From contig CM059427.1 in the NCBI GenBank assembly GCA_030390025.1, positions 159,278,001 to 159,342,000 on the forward strand: 64,000 nt of DNA, in the 5' to 3' direction. Both the position numbers and the translations under genes were made by a program. The notes under the pieces are model-generated. The model was given only the letters and a program-made list of their open reading frames with translations. It was not told the origin of the DNA and ran no database searches. Below are positions 38,930 through 50,817 of this stretch, piece by piece; positions within the stretch are counted from its first letter, which is position 1, and the number at the start of each line of letters is the position of its first letter. Source of the DNA: Squalus acanthias (lineage: Eukaryota).

Positions 38930-39700
38930 GTACATCCGTTAAAAGGTTCCTTCTGAGGTATTTTTTGAGGCCAAAGAACCTTAGTTTATTGAGTCATTCC
39001 TTATAGCTTTTTTCCCTCTGCCAGTGGGGATCAGCCTCATCGCATTCTACCCTATCTCCAGGTTGTGGATGACTTCCTTATGTGACAATGACCAGAAGTG
39101 TATGCAGTACCCCAAGTGTCGTGTAATGGGAGAACTTTACAGCTTCAGCTTGACTTCTGGAGATCTGAATTCAACTGATTACAGCAATATAACCCAGCAT
39201 CCTGTTTGCTTTGTTTATCGGTGTTCACACTACTTGGACACGGTGAATGTCGAGGTAGCTTATTGTCCTTGGGTGGGTCTCTTTCAACTCCTCTTTCCTC
39301 TCCCCCATGGCAAGTTCTGCCCCACCCATGGACTACCTATGCCTATCTTCACTTCCAATATGCAGTACCTTATATTTGTCTGTATTGAGCTTCATTTTTC
39401 ACTCTATAGCTCACGTCAAAACTTTATCCAGTTCTTTGTAACATCTCGGCTGCCTCCTTGCTCGTTGTCATCTGCGAATTTAACTACTACTGCGATTACA
39501 TATCATTAATGTGTACCAGGAACAGGAGGGATCCTACTACCAGTTCTAGTATTTTCCCCACTCTCTATGGTGATCTAGCTCCCTTTATGACTTCCCTTTA
39601 GCTAGTTACCAATCCATGTCTTATGATATCCAGTAGCTTAATTTGTAAAAGAGACTCTCGCACAGTACTTTATTAGAGGCCTTTTAAAGTCAAAGCACTC
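38930..39700 (-). mobile_element. Highly degraded CR1-type LINE (approximate bounds)
   Basis: Antisense gtcatctgcgaa (FADD), gagactctcg..cagtactttattagaggcc (KAF..V relic) and ccagaagtgtatgcagtac (YC..FW relic). Confidence 0.55.
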
Positions 39701-39799
39701 TGCATCATATGCTTTGTCTATCTTTCCCCTCCCCAGAGCTGATGTATATTATGATACAGAACAAAGTTCATTGAGTAAAGGATGTCTCACACTTACCTC

Positions 39800-40030
39800 T
39801 TGGTTTGTACTGAGTTTGCTGATCTCAGCAAGGAAGTAGTAATCTGTGCAAGGGAGGGTATTAATCAGCCAGGATGCTAATTCCTAATCCTCATCCAGTA
39901 ACTTGTCGTGGAAGTGCTCATATGAGGATGTAGAATGAGGACATGATGGGGCTCAGCTGTGAAGCTCCACACAGTCAAATAGCCTGCCAATAGTCATTGT
40001 CCACACTCAGTGAAGCATGGCATTTTGGAT
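39800..40030 (+). mobile_element. AmnSINE2-like SINE relic
   Basis: gtactgagtttgctgatctcagc...aatcagccagg...atccagtaac...ggctcagctgtga...aatagcctgcc. Confidence 0.55.
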
Positions 40031-40089
40031 GACATACCCGTGGTTTAGAAGCATCCTATAGAAGGAAAGAATTTCAGTGTATGTATCGT

Positions 40090-40470
40090 TTCATATCAGG
40101 ACGTCCCACTTCATAGCCATTGAATTGCTTTTGAAATGTATTGTAATGTAAGCAAATACAGCAGCCAATTTGCAGACAGCAAACAAATAAGGTGAATGAC
40201 CAGTTAATTTGCTTTTGGTGATGGTTAGTGGAAAATTGTTAGCAAGGATGCCAGAAGAATGTCTTGCTCTTCTGGAAATAATTCTGTTTACATCCATCTG
40301 AACAGGAAATTGGGTGGGTTTAGCATCTCATTTAAAAGGCAGCATCTCCAACAATGTAGCGCTTCCTTAGTACTTGGGTGTTAGTTTAGATTATCTGCTG
40401 AAGCCCTGGAATGCTTGAACCCACAACCTTCTGACACAGATTCAAGAGTGCTATCAACTGAGCCAAACTG
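40090..40470 (-). mobile_element. tRNA-derived DeuSINE/SacSINE1-like SINE
   Basis: Reverse complement head tcagtttggctcagttgatagcactcttgaatctgtgtcagaaggttgtgggttcaagc (A and B boxes), Deu-like body, L2-type tail. Confidence 0.7.
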
Positions 40471-40557
40471 AACCATATTCTAGTTTGAGTTACTGCCTTG
40501 AGTAGAGGTAAGGGGAGAAAATTGGAAAGAAAAAGCTAGGATAATTTTTGTATTTAA

Positions 40558-40558
<1 letters not shown>

Positions 40559-40590
<32 letters not shown>
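40559..40590. repeat. (CA)16 microsatellite
   Basis: Direct reading. Confidence 0.95.
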
Positions 40591-40593
<3 letters not shown>

Positions 40594-42193
40594 TATTAAT
40601 TTGGGGATGGCCCCAGGAAATGACTAATTGAGTCACACTAGTTTCGCATCTAATCTTTACCTAGTTTTAGAGGATCATTGTCAGATTTTAGGATTGGGTT
40701 GCCCCACCACCTTTAGGAATAATGCATGGCACTAGGACAGCAACTGGAAAATTCAAAAATTGCAGATCATGCACCTAAGAATTGTACAAATTAAGCTGCT
40801 TTAGTTGGACTTCCTATTTTCAAGTGGAGAGAGGGGAATGAGAGAAATTATTTCCATCCGAACAATATTTCCATTTGAAGTAATACTATCCATTAAAGAA
40901 TTCTCCTTGTAAATTTTTCATCCCAGTGTTCAGTAAAGCAAATGCAGTTTTTTTTTCTATTTGATGTGAATTAATTCCAAAGTGCCTGATGCTGGCACTG
41001 TGGGAAAAGTATGGTATCCCTGAAATCTGTCACAGCTGTAAAAATTCAACCCCCTGCCTCTATTCCTGTGAAGGAGACACACCATTTCTAGCAGATTTTA
41101 TCTAGTTCCCACTGATGTGTAACACTCAAACACTTGGGAGTCCATCATTAATTGATCTTGCTCAGTAGTCCAGAGAGTTAAAGTCAACTTAAAGGAGACA
41201 GGCTGCCATCGCATGTGAATTCAATCTTCACATGGAAAGGGACCAGTTTACTAAAGTTTCCATAGGAGCTTTTTAAACTATTTTCAGCATATTTCGTGGA
41301 GTCCCAAACAAGTGGTTGTAAATAAATTTTGGCATTTGATAGGGGTCCTGGATAATAGTCTCAAGATGGACTTGTTTGGTTTTTATTTGCATGAAACCAC
41401 CTAGAATCCTTTGGATTACTTCCAGTGTATTCTGATTAGAGCACTTGTTTTCAGAGCATTGGTTCTCGAATAATTAATTGTTTTAATTGCAGCAGCTGTA
41501 AAAGACCCTTTGACCTTCTACCATTTGACTGAAGTAATCTTTAATGATTTTTTTAATATAGTGTTTGGTAGTCTAGATTACTTTGACTTTTCAATTTAAC
41601 CAAAGAAGAAACTTGGAACTGAACAATTATTGTAGAACTTGTAAAAGTCTTTTTTGATGGAATATATTTTTGTTATACATGTTCTGTTGATATATATTCA
41701 ACTTTTTTTGGTTCATAAATTAAATCTTCAAACAGATATGCCTTTTTGAGGAGTAAGGTTAAGAGGGCACCATCCTTGTGGGACTACTTGGGCTATAGTT
41801 CAAAACTATTAAACTTCTTTAATGGAGATTCTTCAATTTTCTGTAGTGCTATGTTGCTTCCTTATTTAGGTATGTAATACTGTCTTGTATATTACTGGCA
41901 TAATCATTGAACAGCTTTCTGAGGCACTGTTGGCTGTGTTAAATTTGTTTTAAACACTTTCAATATTATATCTTAAACAGAATGGCATTTAGGTTTTATT
42001 TCTTAGTTATTTAAATCTAAGTTATATCTACAAAATGCCCTAAGTGTCGCTGTGTTACAAACTAGGTTCTCCCTTTCCAAAATGTGCTTGTTCTGCGTGG
42101 AGGGTTGTCTGCATCTACCAAAACTCTATATAGTTCTTTCTCATTTTGATGTGTCTTTATTTTGAGGAAATGACAATTGATTTTGTCTTGCAG

Positions 42194-42342
42194 CAGTGAG
42201 TAGTAGAATACCTCCTGGACCGAATGCTTCTTCCCACACTACAACGCCCCCTACTCCTCAGCCTCGTACTCAAACTCCAAGTCCAGTTGTTTCTCCTTCG
42301 TCAATGCTGCCTCTCTATCCTTCAGTTGAAATTGATGCTCAG
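42194..42342 (+). CDS. ANKHD1: ANKHD1 exon (~16), AVSSRIPPGPNASSHTTTPPTPQPRTQTPSPVVSPSSMLPLYPSVEIDAQ
   Basis: ttgcag|CAG tandem acceptor (alternative start 42197), CAG|gtatgt donor. Confidence 0.93.
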
Positions 42343-42612
42343 GTATGTATTCCGTAAGCATGTAATACACTGGGAAATCCTTAGTAACGTGGAAATTTAT
42401 TGAATATATTTTTATGAATTATACAGTATGCTATTCTAGGTGCTGTTGGTGCTTGTGATACTAAGATTTGGATGAAGTCAATTTATGAAATGTGCATGTT
42501 TCGTGATTGTGTTAATGACTTTCATAAATATTGCTGCTCACTGAGTGTATGAATGTGTTGCTTCTATATTCAGTTGATTGTACCTTCATTGCTGTGCTGT
42601 CTTTTTACTTAG

Positions 42613-42724
42613 ACTGAAAGTAACCACGATACTGCATTAACATTGGCTTGTGCTGGGGGACATGAAGAACTTGTATCCGTGTTAATAGCTCGTGGTGCTA
42701 ACATTGAACACCGGGATAAAAAAG
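42613..42724 (+). CDS. ANKHD1: ANKHD1 exon (~17), TESNHDTALTLACAGGHEELVSVLIARGANIEHRDKK
   Basis: cttag| acceptor, AAAG|gtatgc donor, 112 nt. Confidence 0.96.
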
Positions 42725-44469
42725 GTATGCATTAATTTGTTACTAAGACCAGCTTTCATTTAATTGGGATAGGTAAAACAAGATTCTAAAGCTGCTGAAT
42801 TCAGTAGTGAGTATACTTTTCTGCGTATAAGAATATATTCAATCCAGCTTAATGGGGAATCTGGGGAATCTTATTCGTGGATAATGTTGAGAAAGAATGC
42901 TTCAATTGCTTGTTACACTTTATACAAGGATAAGCCTGGTTGCCTTTGGGACGAATAGAAGGGTGGCTGAGGCAGGTATCTCAGTATCAGCTGAATCAGG
43001 TCCATTCATCAGGAAGATTCTTTTGCTTATGATTTACTCTTTATTTTTTCCTCTGCCTTCAAATTTCTTATATGCTTTTTACACCTTGTGACTGGCAATT
43101 GCTTTTGAGTAATAATTTGATATTTATTGGTGTTTGAAATTTGAAGTCATGTTTTGCAGCTACGAATCTGACCACTGTACCTTCTGTAGTCGGGGGAAGG
43201 GGCAGAGTAGAAAGGAAATAGGCCAATTATAGCACAGAAACAGGCCATTCAGCCCAATGGGTCCATGCTAGTGTTTATGCTCCACACTAGCCTCCTTCCA
43301 TCTTGCTTCATCTTGCCATATCAACATATCCTTCTATTCCTTTCTCCCAGTGAGCACAGAGCTGCCTCACTGGACTGCACGAAGTGAAGTTATTAGCTCA
43401 CCAACCAGTGGCCAGCAAACATGACCACTTCAGATGTTCTGCATGTGTTATCAGGGTGGCATTGTCTCTGGAAGTGTTCGTAGAAACCACCTCCTCCTGG
43501 AAGCAGCACTGCTAACTCATCTTTATATGGTTTGGGGATAAGTTTGCTCCCTATATTTCTCGATATAATGTATCCATTCCATCTGTATTGCACCCCATCT
43601 AACCTTTTTGGAGGTGGACAGTCATTTTCATTATTGCATTACTAAGCAGACCTTGGTATTCTGTTGAGAAGTCAGGAGTTTAGAATAACTAGACAGCTAG
43701 TCGGTAAAATTAATGTACAAACTCCATGCTTTATACAGAGACTTGCAAAATGGCTGAGCGCCTACTTCCTTACTGATTGGCTGATGAGATGGATTATGGG
43801 ATATTCTACCTATTAAAATGTCATTTACAGGCTAACTTCAAAATTGTATTTAAAATACCTGTAAGATTTCAACATGGCCATCCACACACGAGTATTATTT
43901 AGACGTTATTTATAGGATCATTATTGTTGGTTAACCTGCCATTAATTACTGTAATGGTCAGCAAAAAGCTGCTGCCTTGGCGGAGATGAGCTGACTAATA
44001 CAGACCATATGACTATCTTGTTTGTGTGGCTTGGTATCAAACCGTGCAGTACATTTACTCAAAAGTTATCTAATGGCATCCAGAAGTTGTATACCACTGG
44101 AGGGAGAGTCAAAAGAGGGATTACTTATGCTTAAAAGATCTTACAGGGACTTTCTTGTTGATGGCCTAGACTTATCCTCCATGAGCAGTAGGCTGACCTT
44201 GCTAGTTCCTTCCACAAATCCCTGAGGTGTTGAGATGAGTACCAAAAGCCACTTGTTAGCCAGCAGCCAAAAGGTGCACAAAAGCAACCCAGCAAAGACT
44301 CCGTTTATATTCATTTGGTGTCCCCCACTGCAGCATGGCTGAAATCAAGAATTCAGGGTGGAGATCCAATTTTATTACCACTCTGATGCCACACATTGAA
44401 CATTATTAGTTTATATGCAGTCTATCTAATCAGTCTATTAAAATATTTAACTATTTTTGTTCTGGTTAG

Positions 44470-44615
44470 GTTTTACTCCACTTATTTTGGCTGCTACGGC
44501 TGGACATGTTGGGGTTGTAGAAATTCTGTTGGACAAAGGTGCAGATATTGAAGCACAATCTGAACGCACCAAGGATACACCATTGTCATTGGCTTGTTCT
44601 GGAGGAAGGCAAGAG
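44470..44615 (+). CDS. ANKHD1: ANKHD1 exon (~18), GFTPLILAATAGHVGVVEILLDKGADIEAQSERTKDTPLSLACSGGRQE
   Basis: gttag| acceptor, GAG|gtgaga donor, 146 nt. Confidence 0.96.
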
Positions 44616-45089
44616 GTGAGAGACCTTTCTAGTTAACTGTTCAGTAATGGTGGTTATAAACAAGTGTAACACGGCAGTGTTGTGGAAATTCCTTGTTGCA
44701 TTTTATCGATGTATAATCTCTAATTTGTTAATGAAGTAAGCACTAAGATTTTAAAACAGCTGTTCAATTCAGTAAACTAAGACATTTCCCTTGATTGAAT
44801 GTATTTTATGTAGTTTTATCAGAGCATAGTAACAATGGTCTGTTGCAGTAGTAATCATTGGTCAATCTTTTGTCATAGCATTGATCACAAAATGTTGATA
44901 TTAAATTTCATAGAAAGTAAAACCATAGGATGACTCAAATTTAGCATTTCATATACACCTTGTCTGAACAGTATCCGACCTAATATGGAACCGTTATTGC
45001 AGAATGATATAAACAGTGTTTGATAAAGTTATCAAATTTTGTTGACTTCAAATTCATATCTGAACTTTTTTGAATATATCTTGATTAAG

Positions 45090-45232
45090 GTGGTGGAGCT
45101 GCTGTTGGCTCGTGGTGCAAACAAAGAGCATCGCAATGTTTCCGACTACACACCTCTCAGTCTCGCTGCCTCTGGTGGCTATGTTAACATCATAAAGATC
45201 CTTCTGAATGCTGGAGCAGAAATTAATTCCAG
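45090..45232 (+). CDS. ANKHD1: ANKHD1 exon (~19), VVELLLARGANKEHRNVSDYTPLSLAASGGYVNIIKILLNAGAEINS
   Basis: ttaag| acceptor, AG|gtattg donor, 143 nt. Confidence 0.96.
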
Positions 45233-45341
45233 GTATTGCAGCTGATAGCTGAGTTGATGCAGATATAGGAAGCATACCCAGAAATCATCCATGTTGCCCT
45301 CTCATAAACTTAAAATGAAAATATAGGTGTGCAGATGAGAT

Positions 45342-46036
45342 GGGCCAGAATTTGCTGGAGTGTGCCTGGCTAGTTAGACTTTTTCCTGCACCCTTCACCT
45401 CAAAAATGTTATTCCCTGTAAGTTACTGGAAGTGCGAGCTGATAACAGCATGACGAGGGCTATAGGGCATCTGGGACTTTGGTGAATGTTGGGACCAACA
45501 GTGTATCTCCTTAACCAGTGAGTTTGAAGGATTGAGAAATAAACAGAGGAAGGACTGAGAAGGAGGGTGAATGACAATGGGTGAATTCAATGTCAAATCA
45601 GGTACGGAACGAGAAATAGAGAGGGAAAGAAAGATTGGATTAAAAGGAAAAAAAGAGAGCCAGAAAGGAAAAGTAAGAAAGAAACATTTTTAAAATCTCC
45701 AACAACAATTCACAACCTGAAGGACCGCACTTTTAATTGTTCACTTTCTGGACTAGAGGGGTTGATTGGCAGTCATTAACAATTGTCATGTTAAAAGGGT
45801 ACTTGTGCTATTAATTGCTAGAACTAACTTTCTGTGGCAAGTTTAATGGGCAATTAATATGCAAATTCAGCAATTCATGAACTTCACGGAGGTTACGGGC
45901 AAAATGCTGTTTTTACGAAGCTAACGGCTTCGCAATTCACGGGGTATCTCTTCCTCACCAAGTTGCTGGCTCATTTGCACATTAATAATGGCATGTGTCG
46001 GTCACCTGCTGTTACATTTTCAGCAAATTCTGGCCC
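45342..46036. mobile_element. Non-autonomous Harbinger-type MITE
   Basis: Perfect 16-bp TIR GGGCCAGAATTTGCTG / CAGCAAATTCTGGCCC. Flanks gat/tat form an imperfect 3-bp TSD. Confidence 0.8.
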
Positions 46037-46891
46037 TATAAGGTGGAGATAGTGTTTTACAGTTAATATCCATGCATATTCAGATAAGGAATGTTATTGG
46101 TGGGCCCAGCAAGTGCCAGCACAAGACAGCATTATATTTGAGTTCAATAGGGGTGCAATGTACCATCAGAAGTGTACTCTGCTTCAGTATATTCTTAAAA
46201 TGGGCTACTTGGAAATAGCCATTACATAACTTACCTACTCGGACAGGGAGATTCCTTTATGCCTGCCCTCTAATTTCCAAGGTCATCATAAAGGCAAAAG
46301 CAAGAAGGAATTGAGATGACTTTAATTACTTGACGCTGGCCACAAAACCTGTCGTCCTCTGATCTGTGTTTTTATCATGACTTGGCACTTGGCACTGCTG
46401 CAAGTATGTCCTTGATGGTTTTACGATATGCCTATATGAAAGTGTTCCAAGTAAAGCATGAAAGCAGTGAAACTGTTAAGATATTTTGATATATGGTTAT
46501 ATGATTAGCTGATTGTGTGACATTGAATAATTAACATCCATTTTGAAATTAAATTTTTAAGAGCCCAATTTCAAACAAAGTCTGGCAACTTTGTATGAAT
46601 GTAGGTGTGGAAGGTTACATTTAATTTGGTAGGTGACAGAGAAAGGAACAAAAGAAAAGAATTAAGAAATTTTGATTAGTTTAAGCTTGTCAACAGCTGC
46701 TTCTTTCCTCCCTCTCCCATCATTCCTAACTGAGGATTTTCTCACCAGTTAGAAACCACCTTCAGGCATGCATATGTGCTAGTTTAATACAGCATCTGCG
46801 CGTGTCACAATTTAATTTAGACAAAGAAAGTTAAATAACTGTACAGAAACTTTGTAAACACACAATTCCTAACATGTTTATTCTTTTGCAG

Positions 46892-47105
46892 GACTGGTAG
46901 CAAATTGGGGATTTCTCCTCTGATGTTAGCTGCTATGAATGGCCATGTGGCATCAGTGAAACTGCTGCTTGATATGGGCTCTGACATTAATGCCCAGATT
47001 GAGACCAATAGAAACACTGCCCTTACTCTGGCCTGTTTCCAAGGTCGAGCGGAAGTTGTCAGCCTACTGTTAGATAGGAAGGCAAATGTTGAGCACAGAG
47101 CGAAG
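46892..47105 (+). CDS. ANKHD1: ANKHD1 exon (~20), TGSKLGISPLMLAAMNGHVASVKLLLDMGSDINAQIETNRNTALTLACFQGRAEVVSLLLDRKANVEHRAK
   Basis: ttgcag| acceptor, AAG|gtaaca donor, 214 nt. Confidence 0.96.
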
Positions 47106-48137
47106 GTAACACTGTTTTATTGTTTATTAAAATATATAAATGTATAAAGGGCAACCCCTTCGGGCTTAAAATATATTGTGCTAAAAGATCAACATTTTAG
47201 CAAGAACATTTGACTTCAGTACTCCCCTCACTAGTTTATTTGAACTACATGTAGCACAGGCTGAAAATTTTCATTTGGTTATAGCTTCACAATTATTATG
47301 TCACTATTCCTGTTGCATTTGAATTTGCTTCTGTATATCCTATTAATTTTATTGCAGCGGTGATTCAGGCTTCCCTGCTTATCCTCCAAGCTGTGTAGCA
47401 CTCTGGCAGTCTGTGTACTTACTTGTGATTGGCTGGAGTGGATCACATGCCACTGTCCATCAAGCTCCAATTCCCATGTCTGCCTGCCATTTTGTCCTAT
47501 GTTCTCTGCGAATTTTCCGTTTTCCCACTCTCCTACTCCTGCTGCCCCTTCTCCATTCAAATCTGGGGTCACCAGCTGGACTAGCAGGGAGAACACTAAA
47601 ATCCTGTTTCCCAACTCGGTGCAGGAAATTTGGGAACTAGGGAGAGGCAGGACTAAACTAAACAACAGAGTTGGGACAAAAAATAAACCAGAGCATGGAT
47701 AGAACTATAAGGAACACAAACAAGTGGAACATTAAAAAAATAAAATAAATAAATAATAAATAAAGCTGAGCTGTACTTAAATATAAAAACCAGAAGTGGG
47801 ATTAAAAAAAGACGCAAGCTGGGAGCAGAAGTTAAACACCAAAGTGGAAGCTGTACCAAAGAAGTTTGGGGGGGGTGGGGTGGGGGGGGAGGTTGGGAGA
47901 GGGAGTGTGCCAGGATAATTATAGCATCAACAGTGGGAGAGTGCTTGAAAAGGGGTGAGACCAAGGTATCCTTGGGCTGTTAGTCAGCCTCCCAAAAATT
48001 CCCCGTCAAAGCTTCTCACTTTTTTAGTCCAGCTTCCACTTAGGTGGGATTATTTTTAACTTCCACCCCCAATGTTTGAGTTTGCGTTTTTGTAGAATGC
48101 TAATTTTTTTTAAAATCAAGTCTGCACATCCTGAAAC

Positions 48138-48273
48138 CAATGTTCCCTCTAAGGTGCGCGTGAGCTCCCGTTCTGGTCGCTCACCAACTCCTGCCGCTGG
48201 AAGAGGTACCATGCATGCGCGGCTGTGCAGCAAATTTAAAGGGACCATGCAAGAAAAAAAAGAGGGAACATTT
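48138..48273. mobile_element. 136-bp hAT-type MITE
   Basis: 8-bp TSD cctgaaac (48130-48137, 48274-48281); TIR CAATGTTCCCTCT / AGAGGGAACATT(T). Confidence 0.8.
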
Positions 48274-48559
48274 CCTGAAACCCTCAAATTCTGGTGGAAT
48301 GTGGTTAGAGGATAGGGGATAATTGGACCACGGTGGACAGACATAATTCAGCCCCCATTTCGAAGTCCTGCATCTGTCCTTAATTTAATATTTATAATGG
48401 ATACTATCTGTGAACTTGTGCTGCGATTGTCCCCTCCTACCAGCGATAGCGCTGCAGAACCTCCACTGGGTGTGACCAGTTTACATAGGTAGTTTTGATT
48501 ATACCTGTGTACATATGCCCTGCTTGAACATTGTGCATTGGTAAATATCTTTTGTTAAC

Positions 48560-48895
48560 TAACTCTAGTGAAGTATTGAGGAAACGCTGCATCGTACGAA
48601 GTGCACCTGTAACACTAAAGAGTCCTGTCTGTCTGTTCAGGTGAACGTTAACAGTTGTATAGCACTACTCAAAGATGATCAGGGAATTCTGGAGCTTTGG
48701 CCAAAATTCCCCCCTCAACCAATACTACTTACAAAAAAAAATTGATCATTCATCTTGCTGTTTGTGGAATGTTGCTGTTGCAGAATGTCTGCTGTGCTTG
48801 TCTACACAAGTCACTAAACTTGAAGCACTTTACAAATGAATTATTTTACGGTGTTTTTATGATGTGTTAAGGCACTATATAAATGCAAGTTTTTA
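48560..48895 (+). mobile_element. DeuSINE/SacSINE1-like SINE body and tail (degraded)
   Basis: ttcaggtgaacgtta...ggccaaaattccccctcaaccaa...gctgtttgtgg...aaggcactatataaatgcaagt tail. Confidence 0.6.
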
Positions 48896-49050
48896 AGGCT
48901 TCTAGGATAGCACATTGATCACTTGCATTCTATTTAATGGAGCATGTTAAACGTTCATGGATTATTCCAAAATCTTTTGGTACACTGCAGATAAAATTGA
49001 TACAATGTGTAACTGAGCAGTTTAATCTAACTGGAATTGTTTCTATTTAG

Positions 49051-49226
49051 ACTGGTCTTACACCCTTAATGGAAGCTGCCTCCGGAGGGTATGCTGAGGT
49101 GGGGAGGGTTCTGCTTGACAAAGGTGCTGATGTCAATGCACCACCAGTGCCTTCATCGCGTGATACAGCTTTAACCATTGCAGCAGATAAGGGCCACTAC
49201 AAATTTTGTGAACTGCTGATAAACAG
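49051..49226 (+). CDS. ANKHD1: ANKHD1 exon (~21), TGLTPLMEAASGGYAEVGRVLLDKGADVNAPPVPSSRDTALTIAADKGHYKFCELLIN
   Basis: tttag| acceptor, AG|gtattt donor, 176 nt. Confidence 0.96.
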
Positions 49227-49360
49227 GTATTTAATAATTTGAATATATTTTACACAAAATAAATCCCTACAATATGATTTCATTAAGGTCCTGTAAAATT
49301 TCAGTCAAAAGAAAATAATTTTGTACATCATGGATTTTGATTTTTGTTTGAATGCTACAG

Positions 49361-49523
49361 AGGGGCTCACATCGATGTTCGCAACAAGAAAGGTAACACA
49401 CCTTTATGGCTGGCAGCAAATGGTGGACATTTTGATGTGGTCCAGTTATTGGTGCAGGCTGGTGCTGATGTGGATGCAGCAGACAACCGGAAAATCACAC
49501 CTCTTATGGCAGCTTTCCGCAAG
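49361..49523 (+). CDS. ANKHD1: ANKHD1 exon (~22), GAHIDVRNKKGNTPLWLAANGGHFDVVQLLVQAGADVDAADNRKITPLMAAFRK
   Basis: tacag| acceptor, AAG|gtaatt donor, 163 nt. Confidence 0.96.
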
Positions 49524-50054
49524 GTAATTCTTGGTCTGTTCACCGCCACCCCTCTTCCTCCCCCCCGCCCCTTATTTTGAATGTTTTGTAATAAATGCAT
49601 GGGTTAAGACCAGAGTAAGTACTTCTCCCCTTGATGTCTATTTAAAAACTATCAATTTTACTTTTATTTTATAAAAAGTTTGGTTCTTTTACAAAAAAAG
49701 TCACATTTTTGACTGCAGCATAGTCCCATCATGTTGGGTCTCCTTGCTTCCTGGCCACTCCATGGATATCACTAACTAGGAGGATGCCACTCGCCTCATT
49801 GTAGTGAAGCCATGATCTCAGACTAGCTTGGAAAGTGATCTTAAGTTACCCAACCCTGGGAAAAGACCCTACTGTAGGTACACTGCATACCAATGTGGAA
49901 AAAGTTTATTTTGACTTTGTCTCTAAGGTTGCCACATGGAGTAATCGGAGCTATCAATATTAGTCAAAACCATATAACTAAGGTGCTGAGTTGCACCAGT
50001 GACATGCCTTTGTGTGTGACACACATGGGCCGCAGAAAAAGGATTAGTGTTAAT

Positions 50055-50817
50055 GGCCCAGAAATTAAACATCGATGGTTCCCGCGGGGGTAAGGATTCC
50101 CCGCGATATCGCACTCCGCGCCTACCTTTTTGTTTGGGGCCCACACGAACTTTAGTTTCAGGGCCTCTCCCTGTTGCAACCGTGCAGTGCTTGCGTGTCC
50201 CAGAGGCGCAATTAGTTTGTGCGAGCTCTGGGATCACGTGATTCAGTTAGAGCCAATGGCAGCACACCATCTTTCATTCATAGTTTTGACAGCAAGGGCT
50301 GTCAAAGCTATGAATACTACAAGCCCCCAAAAGAACAGCTAAACCTCAATTAAATTTTTTTTAAAAAGCCATCACATTAATAAAATAACTAGTTAAATAA
50401 ATTAACCACTTTAAACAAAAAATTAAATTTTTGAAAAAATTTAAAATCTTTTTAAAAGTTATAAAAAATAAACTTACCTTTCTTTAAAGTCTCTAAAAAA
50501 GATAAACCTGTTGAAAAAAATTTAAAATAACACTTAATTAACTACTTAGCTTGTTAAAAGGGGGTCCTACGCCTGCTTTCTTTGTGTAAAATCTTCACCA
50601 CTTACCTGCGCGTTCAAACCTGAAAAAAAAACTAAGTGCACTGCGTGCGCACAACCTGTAGTGCGCACGCGGTTCACTTAGGAACCGCCCCCTTTGCAAT
50701 ACACGAAGTGCCGGTTTCCCGCGCATGCGCAGTGCATGCAGGAAACTGGCAATTCGGGACCTAATATGCGAGAGTACACAGTGCGTACTCTCGCGTATTA
50801 GGTCTAATTTTCAGGCC
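50055..50817. mobile_element. CpG-rich non-autonomous Harbinger-type MITE
   Basis: 3-bp TSD aat (50052-50054, 50818-50820), TIRs GGCCCAGAAATTA / TAATTTTCAGGCC, AT-rich core, subterminal hairpin. Confidence 0.7.
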
